This document shows, piece by piece, positions 24,561-40,700 of a stretch of 64,000 nucleotides of DNA. The notes under the pieces are model-generated. The model ran no database searches. It saw nothing but the letters and a program-made list of their open reading frames with translations, and was not told the DNA's origin. Both the position numbers and the translations under genes were made by a program. This DNA is from Vicugna vicugna (taxonomy: Eukaryota): assembly GCA_013265495.1 (NCBI GenBank), contig MU058198.1:7517779-7581778 (forward strand), read 5' to 3'. How positions within the stretch are numbered: position 1 is the stretch's first letter; each line of letters begins with the position of its first letter.

Positions 24561-26209
24561 GTTTCATTGATCCCAGCCGCCTCTCTCCAGCTCCCTCACA
24601 ATATCTTAATATATGACAGTAAATCCTCATCTGAGGGACTTTTACTTCCTTTTCTTTGGCACGGCATGCCCTAAATTTCCTAGAGTACTTGCAATCCTAC
24701 AGGTGATTTAAACAATTAAATGTTGGAAATATTCTCTTTGCAAAAACTCGGTTTGCGTACAGCTTCTCAGCTGCATGTTCTGCACTTGGTTCACTCTCTT
24801 CCTAACATGGTTCAACGACAGATGACCCCAAAGTTGGGGAAAAGATCATATTGGCTCCATGTTTCAGATGAGGCAACTAAGGTCTGGCCAGGGAAATGAC
24901 TTGCTAAAGATCATGCAGTTAGCCCAAATCAATTGAATCTGAAATACCTCCATTCCTACCTGCATCCTGACCTTTCACTACACCACAGCTGCATCTCAGA
25001 GCTGACCGGAGGAACAAAGGAGGGGAGAGACAGAAAAGCCATTGCCAATAGACACATTTAAGGGAATGGAAGGTAAGTTACCGTGCTCTACCCTTGCACT
25101 TGCCCTCTGTGGGGCCCTTGGTTCACCAACCAATCACAGCACTTCCTTCAACTGATACGGGAATTCTGCCTGCTGTCCTGTCTGCCTATTCCAGATACGC
25201 ATTCTGAAGGAACCTCAGGATGGGTTTGGGACCCACTGAGCCCACTGTGAGAAGGTCCTGAGCTAAAACTCTGTGGATCACCTGACCTCAGTGAGGTTTT
25301 GGGTCTCCAGGAGAACAGAGTTTTATGCTATAGTAGAAATGTCACAGGAAAAGGAGTAGGATTTGCCAGTAGAGAAAGGGAGATGTTCTTTCATTCACTA
25401 TCATTAACAAACACCTACTACTTACCAGGCACTAGATGAGGCCCTACAACAGACAACATGGCCTTATGCTACCAGGGGAAGTGAGATGTCAAGTGAAAGA
25501 GGAAGTACAGTGACTAACCTGGAACCTGACCTAGTCTGAGGATCAGGAAACCTTTCTGAAGGAGGTGAGATCTAAGCCAGAGCCTAAAAGATAAGTAGGC
25601 ACTGGTCAGGTAGAAAGAGGAAGGGAAAAGTTTCCCAGGCAGAGGGAGCAGCAAGGGCTAAGATGGAAACTATGTTGGCCAGCTGCGGTGTGTTCAGAGT
25701 TCCCAAGGGTTAGATGGTAGCAAACTCAGGGGAGAGGAACAAGAGGTGGGCAGGAGCCAAACTGAGCAGGGCCTTGTCTACCAAGATCAGGAGTTTGGTG
25801 GGAGAACTGCATAGACAAAGGCAGACAGGAAAGGGCACCACAGGGCCCATGTGGCTAAAGCATAGAGCATACTAGGAGGATAAGTGAAGAGGCTGAGGAG
25901 GTGAGCAGGGACCAGGCTGGAGAGCTCATACCTGAGCCTGTAGGCTGTGTAAATGAACATGAATAAGAGGAGTGAGACCTGGAGGGGCAGTGGGGGCTGC
26001 GGGGGCTGCAGAGCACACACTCTGTCTCCAGGGGTGGCTAACGCCCTGCGCCCCTCTGTGATGACCACTCTTGGTAGCAGACTCACTGTCTCAGAACTTC
26101 TGCTTTGTCAAAGGTAGCTGAGAGTCCAGATTTTCACATGAAATCACTTGATTTTAAAGGTTAGCAAAACATTCAACACCATTGTAAGCCAAGCAAGTCA
26201 TATCTATAG

Positions 26210-26590
26210 GTCAATGGTTCCCAAACTTTGGAGCATATTAGCATCACCTGGGGGAGCTTTTAAAAGTTTCGGTGCCCAAGTCACATCCTATTCCAATTAA
26301 AATCTCTGAGGAAGCTAGGCATCAAAATTTCTCAGGTGGTAAATCAACTGTACTTCAATTAGAAGAAACCTCTGGTAAAAATGAATGAATGAATAAATAA
26401 ATAAACAAACTTATTGAACTATCATACATCAAGTTAAATTTTTTCCCACCTGGGTAGGGGAGGTATAGCTCAGTGGTAGAGCACATGCTCAGCATGCATG
26501 AGGTCCTGGGTTCAATCCCCAGAACCTCCATTAACAACAAAAAGTTTCCCATGTAGTTCCAATGTGCAGCAAAGTTTGAGAACCACTGCT
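26210..26590. mobile_element. MER5-like hAT-Charlie DNA transposon interrupted by a SINE
   Basis: Inverted ends caatggttcccaaactt ... aagtttgagaaccactg; internal atcacctgggggagc. Confidence 0.6.
26451..26543 (+). mobile_element. tRNA-derived SINE (Vic-1-like, short)
   Basis: tatagctcagtggtagagcacatgctcagcatgcatgaggtcctgggttcaatcccc. Confidence 0.88.
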
Positions 26591-29500
26591 GTAGGCTGTG
26601 TACATCCTTTGGGTTGCCAGGCAAAGCCGTGGGGAACCATGGGAAGTTTTAGAGCACAAGAGCAGCAGACCAGTTTGGAGGTTAGGGCCCCAGGCAGTGG
26701 TGGGATCCTGCTGTGGTGACCAACTATCCCAGTTTGCCCAGGACTGAGGGATTCCTGGGAATGGGACTCGAAGGGCCAACACTAGGAAAGTCCTGGGCAA
26801 ACCAGAAAGCTGGGCCACTTAAGATCCTACTGCTGATATAGTTCTGTCTCCCCAGATTTCTGGGGAACGATGCCATAGACTCTACATTCTAGAAAGTTCC
26901 CTGAGAAAAGGTTATCCATCTCCCTGGAGTGAACTCATCCAGGGCTCTGAGCCCCAGGCTTGACAGGCTTGTACAGGGAGCTAGAAACAGGGAGAAGACT
27001 TGGACTCATCTGTTCCCTACCCAGAAGAGCAATCCTAGTCAAAGACAAGCCTATGGCATATAACCCAGCAACAGAAAGGAACAGTGTGGATGCCTCTCAG
27101 AAACATTCTGCTGAGTGAAAGAAAACAGATGCAAAGGAGTACATACTGTGTAATTCCATAAATGTGAAGAGCAAGATCAGGTTAACCTAATCAAAAATAA
27201 AATCAGAGCAGTGCTGCCTCTTGGGAGTTGGGGACAGGGAAGGGGCAGCAGGAAACTTTCCAGGGACATAGTGATGTAGTTGATAAGGGCTTGCATTATG
27301 TAGATTATGCATTTGTTGAAACTCCCTGGATCACAGTTAACACCTGTGCATTTTGTTATGTGGCTAGTTTGCCTCAAAGGAAAAGAAAACCTGTAAATAA
27401 ATACTGGACTCTAGTTAACGATGTGCATGCTGAAGTGTTAAGAAATATACCACTGTCTGCAACTTATTTCAAAATGTATCAAGAATATAAGAAAGACTGA
27501 TAGACAGATGGATATGTGATAAAGCAAATACAGTAAAATGTTACAGAGTCTAGGCAGTAGGTATATCGGTGTTACCTGTACAATTCTTCCAACTTTGCTG
27601 CAAACTTTAAAATTCTTTATAATAAAATATAAAGAAAAAAAACCCCTCTAAGTCTGATCATGTTACTCCTCTGCTGACACCACTTCAATAGCTCTTCATC
27701 TCACCCAGAATAAAGGCCACAGTCCTGACAGTGGCCTCCAAGCAGGACAACCACACATCCCGGTTACCCCAGGTTACCTGTTATCTGGGCATAATTATTA
27801 ATATGTCCTCTTTTTATTCTCCAGGTTTGAATGACAGGTTATGTGTCTGTCCTGCCTGAGGCCCCACCTGACCTGACCTCACCTCCCACTGCTCTGTCCC
27901 TCCCTCCCTCTGTTCCAGAGCCACTGATCTCATTTCCTGGCATGCTCCCCCCCCAGGGCCTTTGCACTGGCCTTAGCTTCTTCCTGGAATGCCCTTCGCC
28001 CAGATATCTGGATGACTCTCTCCCTCACCTCCTTCAAGCTTTTCCTCAAATGTCTCCTCAGTCAGGCCTCCCAGACCTCCCTATTTAAAATCACAATCTT
28101 ATCTTTCCCCACCTCCCTTACTCTGTTTTTACCAAAGTACTTATAACTTCCTACATATGATATAATGTACTGAAGGTAAGCTCCATGAGGGCAAGGACTT
28201 TTTTCTATCTTGCTTATGCTGTATCCCAGGGCTCAAAATAGCACCCAGAAAACAGTAAATACACAATAAACACATGCAGTGCTGAATAAAGGAATTTCCC
28301 TGCCCTCGTGGAGCTCGTGGGCTGGTGCTGCAGACGGAAGCCAACACAGACCATCACAAGGAATAGCCGATGTGCCGAGAAACAGCAGAGGAGGGGCAGG
28401 GGGTAAGAACAGGAGAGAAGGCCACACCAGGAAGCTGAGGTTAGGAAAACAAGAAGACATCTCCCAGATTAAGAGGGATGAGAAAGGCACATCTGGCCAA
28501 GCAAACGACATGAGCAAAGCCGTAGAGGTGCGAAAGAGCAGAGGGTGTCTGGGGGCGATTATAAGCAGTTCCAAGGGTAGCTGTGCACGGGTGGGGGAAG
28601 AGGCAGAGTGTGAGTCCATCCTACAGGTGATGAGGGAACTGGAGGGTTTTAACCCCCAGCAGTGTCATGGGCAGATTCGGGTTCTACCCAGCTGCTGAGT
28701 GGACAATGGATTGAGGATGGGCAAGACTGAAGCAGGGAGACTCACTGGGAGGCACCCAGCAAAACAGTGGGGCCCTAAGAAAGGGGCAGATGGGAGGGCT
28801 ACTTAGGACTGGAACTCAGTGGGATAGGGTGGCTCATGGCATGTTGACTCTGACTTCTGGTGGTCCCATATTAGGCTGCTCCTGGGATTGTGGGCCATTT
28901 CTGGAAAAAATCAGAGGGGATGCTGGGAACAGTTAGGAGGATGATGCTGAGGATCTGCAGGACATCCCAGTGGAGATGTTGTGAAGGCATCTGGCTCTGA
29001 GTCTGGAGGTAGGAGGCAGAACTTGGAGACAGAGACATGGGAACCATTAATTCGAGGGGCAGGTGGGACCTAGCAGGGAGAATGTGGATGGAGAGAACAG
29101 CTAGCCCAGAGAAGAGATATTTAAAGGATCAGGAAAAGGAGAGTGACAAAGGGGAAGAGACTAGGGGAGTGCTGAAGCTAGGGCCCGAGAGCCAAGGGTA
29201 AAGAATTTCCAAAAAGAGAGTATGGACGTTGGGAGGGTGTGGGGAGGGAATGGCAAGGTGACAGTCAGGGATGTGGCTGTGGAAGAGGCAGTTTTTAAAC
29301 CAGATCACAGAGTGGACCACAGAAGGGATGAGGGCAGGCTTGGGCTAAGGGACAGATGCTTGGGGACTGAGACCTTGGGCCAGGAGAGGGACAGGAATGG
29401 GGAAGACTTTAGCCTTTCAAGTCTACTCAGAATTGGACTCTTCCTCCCCAGTCTTGAGGGCTGACAGGTGAGTCTCTGGCCTCTACCCCTACACCCTAAT

Positions 29501-29878
29501 ATCCTCATCTGTAAAATAGGGTAATAGGAAAAAGCAACCACTATTTAGTGAGCACTTACTATGTACCAAGCGAAGGTACTTGCTCTCCATATACTGTCTC
29601 ATTTAATCCTCACAGTGGTCTCACCAGGCTGATATTACTAACACCTCCATCTTACAGATGAGAAAACTGAGACACAGTGAGGTTAAGTCACTTGCTCAAA
29701 GCCACACAGTGAGTGAATGAAGATGCTGAGATTCAAACCCAGAGCCTGAATTCTAGGCCTTAACACTGTACTACTGATATATACAAAGCACTTTACATTT
29801 TACAGAGCATGCTCGTCACCACATGGGGTGACTCTTTAGGATAATGAGATGACCCACACACCCAGAAAATGGCTGAGA

Positions 29879-30337
29879 TGTGGTGAAGATGAATAATGGC
29901 CCTCCAAAGATGTCCACGCCTGTCCCCAGAACCTGTAAATTCTGCTGATGTGATTAAATTAAGACTCTTGAGATGGGAAGATCAGCCTAGATTATCCAGG
30001 TGGGTCCAATGTAATCACAAGGGTCCTTAATACAGGGAGGCAGGAGAGTCAGAGAAGACGTAAGGATGGAAGCAGAGACAGAAAGGGAGTTTAGATGAAG
30101 CTACACTCCCTGGATTTGAAGATGGAAGAAGGGGCCACAAGCCAAGGAACACAGGTGGTCTGCAGAAGCTGGAAAAGGCAGGGAAACAGACTCCTCGCTA
30201 CAGCGTCTGGAAGGAACCAGCCCTGCTGATACTTTTACTTTAGCCCACTGAGACTAAGTTTGGAGTTCTGACCTCCAGAACAGTAAGTCACTAAAACTGT
30301 GGTAATTTGTTACAGCAGCAACAAGAAACGAATATAC
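29879..30337 (+). mobile_element. MaLR LTR (MLT1-like)
   Basis: aataatggccctccaaagatgtcc, ccaatgtaatcacaagggtcctt, gtggtaatttgttacagcagcaacaagaaacgaatata. Confidence 0.85.
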
Positions 30338-31542
30338 CACATCACTGCACATGTGGCTTCCCTGGCCAGCCCTGGCTCAAATATTACTACTGCAGCTGTT
30401 ATCAGGAAATACTCTTAAATTTTTAAAAAGTTCTTTAAAGTTTCAATTTGGTCCTCTGAACCTCAGTCTCTTCTTCTGTTAAAAATAAAAATAAGGCTAA
30501 TACACTGGACTCTGACTCTCTTGCAGGCACAGAGTGAAAGTACCTTATATTGTTTAAAGGTTCCCACAAACCACTGGGGCAGATGCAGCCACTGCTCAGA
30601 TGAACAAACTAAGGCTCTGAGAGGGGAAATGGCCAGCATAGAGCCACACAGCTAGTGAGTAACAGAGCCAGGACTTGAACCAGGACCTCTGACTTCAGAG
30701 CTACCACACTGAGGTTCATGTCTCAAGAGTCAACCTCATGTGCCACCTCCTCAGAGAAGCCTTCCTGGAGACCCTTAGCCCATTCATTAATTCATTCATT
30801 TACCAAACAGTTGCTAGGACTGCTCTATACCTAGTATGGTACCAGGCAAAGCTGAGACCAAGTTCTGCTCTCAGGAGCCCACAGTTTAGTGCACAAGACA
30901 GACGCACAAACCAATCATCCCCAAACAGCCTGATAAATGCTGAGACAAAGGGAAAGAAGCACACAGGGTTGTGTGAGTCCAAAAGGGGGGAAAACGACTG
31001 AGCCTGCGGTCAGGGAAGGCTTCCTGGAGGAGGTAGTCATTAAGCTGAGGACAATTAAGATTCAACCAGAAAGGCAGGCAGGGGTGCTAGTGGAGGAATG
31101 GCTAAGCAGAGGCAGGGAGGCACGATGCTGTAGCTTCCTGAGGGCAGAGAACAGATTAGATCATCCCAGGCCCCAAAGTCCCTCTGGGCCTCCGTGTTCC
31201 TGTGTACATGTGGGAATCATGGGCCCAGCTGCCCAGAGCTCTGGTAATTGCTGGGCCCAGGGGAGGGCTGAGCAGGAAGACAAGGGGTCCTGGGATTCCT
31301 AGAGGAGGAGGACTGAAGTTCAGGAAGGGTCAAAGGTAAGGAGAACAGGGTAGAGGGAGTACTGGGGAGCAGGGTCCTGGCTCAAACCCCCATTCCATGT
31401 CTGACTCATGGTGTGACTATAGGTAGGTCCTCTTAGAGCCTCAGTGACCCCATCTGAGAAATGGAGCATGAGACAAAACTGTCTCCAAAGACCCTCCCAG
31501 CCCTGATGGGGAAACAACATGACACAAAATTATAAAAGGGTC

Positions 31543-31548
31543 TTTATT
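31543..31548 (-). terminator. BCL7C polyadenylation signal (AATAAA)
   Basis: tttatt on the plus strand about 50 nt past the stop codon. Confidence 0.8.
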
Positions 31549-31599
31549 TGTAAAAAGCCAAAGGGGCCCCTGGGGTGACAGGACAGGCAGGCCGGCTTC

Positions 31600-35129
<3,530 letters not shown>

Positions 35130-35567
35130 GCTGGCGGGGCTGGGGCCGAGGCCGAGCCTCCCGTCCGGCGGGCTCAGGCTCGGCGCCAGGCCGGGGCGCC
35201 GCTCTCCCGGCCTGGCCTGTCGTCCCTCCGGGAGTTGGCCGCGCCCTCACTCGATCCCCAACGCCTCCGCGAGTCCCCGCCCCGCTTCCTGCCGCCGCGC
35301 CCCGCCCCGGCCCGTCTCCGGAGCGGCCGGGCGGCGCGGGCGGCCAGAGCCCAGTCCTGGAAGCCGGCCGGCCCCGCCCCGACCGGGCCCGCCCCCTCGG
35401 GCGCCCAGACGCGCAGCGCCCCCTGCCCGCCACCGGGAGGAAGGTTGGAGGCAGCTCCGCGACTGGACGCGCGCGGCGGGGCTGCGTCCGTATGTTCAGA
35501 CCACTTGGGCGCCAGGGGGCGCGAGAGGGTATGTATCCCAGTGTGAGACCTGTGCGCGCTGAGGTCG

Positions 35568-35623
35568 TGTGTGTATGTGTGTGTGTGAGTGTGAGGTCTT
35601 GTGTGTGTGTGTGTGTGTGTGTG
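35568..35623. repeat. Interrupted (TG)n microsatellite upstream of BCL7C
   Basis: tgtgtgtatgtgt...gtgtgtgtgtgtgtgtgtgtgtgt. Confidence 0.9.
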
Positions 35624-35709
35624 TCCCTCTGTTCCTCACTAGGCTGTCTGGCTCTACACTGTCCAACTATCCCTTCATCCATTCATTCAACCGTCTATTA
35701 ACTAAGTGC

Positions 35710-36410
35710 CAATTAAATGCCAGACACTGCAAATATGAGTGGCTCTCTATCCAAAAGAATGGCTAAAATGAGAATGACGGACCTTAACCAAGTGGAGGTG
35801 AAGAAGTAGCAACTAGACCGCTCATATTTCTGGAGGAGTGTAAATTGGTAGAGACACTTTGGAAAACTGGCGGTTTTCTAATGAAACCGAACAAATGCAA
35901 CCTTAAGATCCAGCAGTTTTACTCCGAGGTCGTTAACACCCAAAAGAAATGCGTGGGTATGAGCACCAAGGGGCCTGTACTGGAATATTAATAGTGCTAT
36001 TCATAATAGCCTCAGGCTGGAAACAACCCATGGACAGGAGAGTGGAAAATGAACTGTAGCCTGTTCACACCATGGAGGACACAACAAGGAGAGGGATGTC
36101 CTGCTACACTCAACAACAGGGACAAGTCTCAGGACAGAAGTCATATACAGGCGTACACACCATGTGATTCCATTCATATGAAGTTCAAAACAGACAAAAT
36201 CAATTAATAGTGTGAGAAATCAGGATAGTGGTCACCCTTGGGACTGGGAGGGGCTGAGAGGGAGCTCTGGGAACTGATCATATTCTGTTTCTTAATCTGG
36301 TGCTGGTTCCCAGGGCATATTCATCTTGGAAAATTCATCCAGCTGTACACTTAGGATGTGTGCACTTTTCCCTACATATATTTTACTTCAATGAAAAGTT
36401 AGCTTAAAAT
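35710..36410 (+). mobile_element. Ancient L1 (L1ME-like) 3' fragment between BCL7C and CTF1
   Basis: gagtgtaaattggtagagacactttggaaaac, tgattccattcatatgaagttcaaaa, gctgtacacttaggatgtgtgcact. Confidence 0.75.
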
Positions 36411-37599
36411 GAGTGTGTCTTGGTCAATTTTGTTTGAGGCTGTGTTTGCCAGCAGATACGACATTCTAAATTTGTGCGGCCATGTGTGTGCATATTTCAA
36501 GGATGTAGCTATTGTGTTTGTGTGTTTTGGTGTGACCATGTCCAGGGGGGTTAAACTATAGGAAAGTGGTTATGACAGCATTTCTGGAGCCAGAATTCTG
36601 GGGTAAAATCCCAGCTCTGCTTATCCAGTGACCTTGGACAAGTCACTGATAACTATTTCCTCAACTATAACATGGGAGTGAGTTAATATGTGTATAACTC
36701 TTAGTGCCTTGCACACAGTAAATACCCAGGAATAGTCACTGTTAATAAGTGTGTGATGTGGCCCCTCCCGACAGTTGCACCTGCTGTCCTCTCTACCAGT
36801 TAATCTCTTCCTTACTTCTGGTTGTTGTCTGCTCATGGCAATATCCTCATGGACATACAGGCCTCCTTCCCAGTTTCTTCTCTCACAAACCCCATTACTT
36901 GTGTTGTCTATGGTCTCCCCATCAGACTGTGAGTTCCTCAGTGGGTCAGAGACCAAGAATGGATCATCTGTGGGCTCCAGAGCCCAGGGCAGAGTGGTAC
37001 TTGGGAAACATTTATGGTAACTGTTCAGGTTTGTCTGCACCAGGTCAGTCGGGTTGACGTGTGGTATGACTCCCTGTACCTGTCTCTGAAGCTTGTTCCT
37101 GTGTGAGAATGAAGATCTTAACCCTTCAGTAGATGTAGGTGTGTCAGAGGGTTCTCTTACTAGGTCTGGTAAGGTGAGGTGAGGTGAGGTGAGGTGGTGG
37201 CTCCCTCCTAGTAGGTACGGCTATAAGAACGACGAGGGCAGAAGGCATTTGAGATGGGCCAGGAGGTATGTGTTGGCAAGTGTGGCCCAAGCCTGAGGGC
37301 TCCCATCTCGGCCTCTCACGCAACCCGCTCTCCCTCCCCAGCCAAGGAGGGCCCGCACATTCCAGTCCTGCCAGCTGCACCCTCTCCTACCCTCCTCAAA
37401 CTTCCTCTAAAAGGCAGCTCTGGCGCCAAGACTTCCTCCAGGTCGAAGCTTGAGCCTTCTCCTCCCAGCGGGACCCAGGACTGCCTCCCAGGCCCCGGCA
37501 CCCCAAGCCTAGATGTCCCAAGTCCACCCTGCGCACAACCTGCCGCGCCCCTCAGGCCCCCTTCCGGACTAGGCCAAGCGAGCAGGGAGCTGAGCTCAG

Positions 37600-37765
37600 G
37601 GCCAAGGAATCCTGCCTGGGGCTGCAGGGGGAGGGGGGACGGGGGGGTAGAGTGTTTGGGGTCTGAGCCCTGATTGGCTACGCCCGGGCCACGCCTCTAC
37701 CCTTTTCCCCCTTCTCCCCCTCCGAAGGGGGGCGTGGAGGCAACCGGGATCAGCCAGGGGCCAGC
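37600..37765 (+). promoter_or_regulatory. CTF1 proximal promoter
   Basis: GC-rich; reverse CCAAT (gattgg at about 37672), G-runs and a GC-box-like gggggcgtgg just upstream of the ATG. Confidence 0.55.
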
Positions 37766-37790
37766 ATGAGCCGGAGGGAGGGAAGTCTGG
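37766..37790 (+). CDS. CTF1: CTF1 exon 1
   Basis: ccagcATGAGCCGGAGGGAGGGAAGTCTGG|gtaagg. Confidence 0.93.
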
Positions 37791-40700
37791 GTAAGGGGCT
37801 GTAGGGCCGGATGCCGAGTGCCGGAGGGGAGCAGGGGTCAGAAGGGCTGGAAGCTGGGGTCTGGGTCCCCACCACCCTTAGGTTCGGGAAGGGAGCGGCC
37901 TCAGCGGGGAGAGCAGGGCCCCGGTGTCAGGTAACGAGCGGGTGAGTTGTGGGTGAGCTGTGGGAAGGGACGAGCGCCCGAGTTTAGAGGAGGCCTGGGG
38001 CTATGTCTTCAGGAACTTGGGCTCACGAGTTAGACCGCCGGTTCAAGTATACCCTGGGGGAGGATTGAGGTCATAGCTGGGGCTGGACGCCGTGATCTTC
38101 TCTGAGTATCGGGAAAGAATCAGAGCTGGGAGCCAGAGGGAGAGGTAAAGTTAGAGGAGGAAGTCTTTGGGACACAGGAGCGGGTGATTGACAACAGGAG
38201 ACGAAAGTCGAGGCTGTTAAGGATAGGAACACGCGGGGCAAAGTCCGCCCGGGGGCGGGGCGGGAGTTGCCGGGCCGGGACTACATTCCCCAGCCTGCCC
38301 TGGGCACGTGCTCTGGCTTCTCGGATTATGTAGTCCTCCTCCCCGGGCGCCACCCTCTAGCTTGTGCTGGAGGGGTCCGGTGGCTGATCGCTAATGCTGC
38401 CCGGTGCCCAGTACAGCGCGTTGCACGGAAGGGCCATCAGTCTCCCAGTCTGTAAAATGGACTTAAGGTTCACTTCAGTTAGAAGTTCTGTGCTTCAAGG
38501 ATGCTGAATTCCACCAACAATCACTGAGGTACAGAAAGATGTGAGCCCTACCCTCAAAAGGCTCCCAGGTTGAGGCAGATTCACATAAACAGCCAGTAAA
38601 AGAACCACCTTGGAATGTGAACAAATGGCCTTCAGTAGAAGGAAGAAGTTAATTTAAAGGAGGGGGTGAATCTGGAGGCTGCACTGAGGTAGCAGTGTTT
38701 GAATTTGGCTTTAGTAGGATTTCAGCAGTGACTTGGGGACAGGGAACACATTTCAGGTAGAACAACCGTTTGGCGAATGTCTGGTGCCTCACATTTTCCC
38801 TCAGTTAAATGGGACAGAGCCTGCCTGGCTAAAAAGTTGGAAAATTCAGAGTGGAGCTTCTGGGTTCAGGAAGAGCCAGGCTGAAAGAAGTAGTCATGAA
38901 GCAGGGGGTTGGGTACCCTCATTCCTCCCCCCTTTTCCCACCAGAAGACCCCCAGGCTGACTCCTCAGTTTCACCCCTTCTCCACTTGGAGGCCAAGATC
39001 CAACAGACACACAGCCTTGCCCGCCTCCTCACCAAATATGCTGAACAGCTGCTCCAGGAATATGTGAGTGGGGATGGGGGTGTGGGTACCAGGGGCCTGG
39101 GGAAGGGGGAAGTATAGATCACCTTGTCCTTGATCACCTATTTTCTCAACTTCACTTCCCAGCTGTAGAAATTGGGGCTCCCAAGAGGGGTCAGTAACTG
39201 GCCCCTGGCCACATAGCAGATTGGAGGAGGACCCCTTCTGTGCCCCAAATGCTCCTCTGTTTGCTTCAGCTTGGAGGCTCCCTCCTTGGTGATTTTAGAC
39301 AGAGGCAACCTGAGACAGTGAAGAGAACTGTAGTTTGGGAGTCAGGAAACCTAGGTTCTAGGCACTGTGTGATCTTATCATCTCATCTTCATGGGCCTGG
39401 GTCTCCCCAGGTGTAAAAGGAGGCTGTTGAACAAGATGAGCTGTGGACTCTTACCTATGTTATGCAGAGAGGCCAAGAAGGGATTTGAGTCTAGGGGTAA
39501 AAATGCCATCCCAAGATGGCACTTTTTTTTTCTTTTTAATGGAGGTACTGGGGATTAAACCCAGGACCTTGTGCATGCTAAGCATGTCCTCTACCACTGA
39601 GCTATACACACCCCACAAAAGGGCACTTTTACAGAGAAGAGGGATCTGTCAACATCTTTGGTTGGACAGAGGACCCTGACCAAGTAAAGAAGGTAGTTCC
39701 CTAAATTAGTCTGGTATAATGGTGGGAGGGTGTAGTTTTGAATCAGACTGTAGGCGTGCCAACTTGTTGTGACCTTGGGCAATAATGGTAACATTGGGGG
39801 AGGGTATAGCTCAAGTGGTAGAGTGCTGGCTTAGCATACACAAGATCCTGGGTTCAATCCCCAGTACCTCCTCTAGAAATAAATAAGTAAATCTAATTAC
39901 CTCCCCCCCACAAAAAATTTAAAAAAATTTAATTAAAAAAATTAAAAATAATAATGTAACAATTATGATAGCAATAGGATAATAAAACCAGCTTTGTAGT
40001 CCTACCAACTTTGGTTCAGATCCCAGCTTCTGCCCCTTCCTAGATGGATGACCTAGAGCAAGTCAGTCCCAATATCCTCATTTACAAAATCATCATCATC
40101 ACACCCATTGTTGGAAAGATTAGGAATAGTGTGTTTAAAGCAGCAAGCACAATGCCTGAACCAGAAGCAAGATGTTAGCAAAGGATAAATGGTATTGTTA
40201 CAGCATCTTTACAAATTACAAATCACCTCTATCTTTTCATTTGTTCACTCACATGGCAGTTATTCATTGAGTCCCTGCTGCATGGCAGGCAGGTGCAGAG
40301 GTGAGGGAAGCTGGGTGGAGGGAATGAAACAGACCCTACACATCTTCTGTGATTCTCAGCAGGTCCCTGGTAGGAAGGCAGGACAGGGAATGGTTCCTCT
40401 GTCTTACAGAGACCACTGAGGCTCAGAGAAGGAAATGGTTTTGTGCCAGACTGCACAGCTAGAAGTGGTGGAGGCAAGAGTTGAATCTGGGTCTATAAAA
40501 TAGAAGTAATAATAAAAGAGCTAATATTTACTGAGTCATTCTTTAACATACTCATGACTACCTTATGATGTTGATACTGTTACCATCTCCATTGTGGAGA
40601 TGAGGAAACAAAGGCACTGGGGTAAAGCTCACGGTGTTTTTTGTTATTTTGTATGATCTCAAACACAGCCGCTCTGTTGGCAGGAGTGTGCCACTTGCGA

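Noticed and set aside
1..31500. Distal alternative last exon of BCL7C (long isoform known in human)
   Set aside because: No recognisable matching exon found in this interval; it may lie outside the window or be absent
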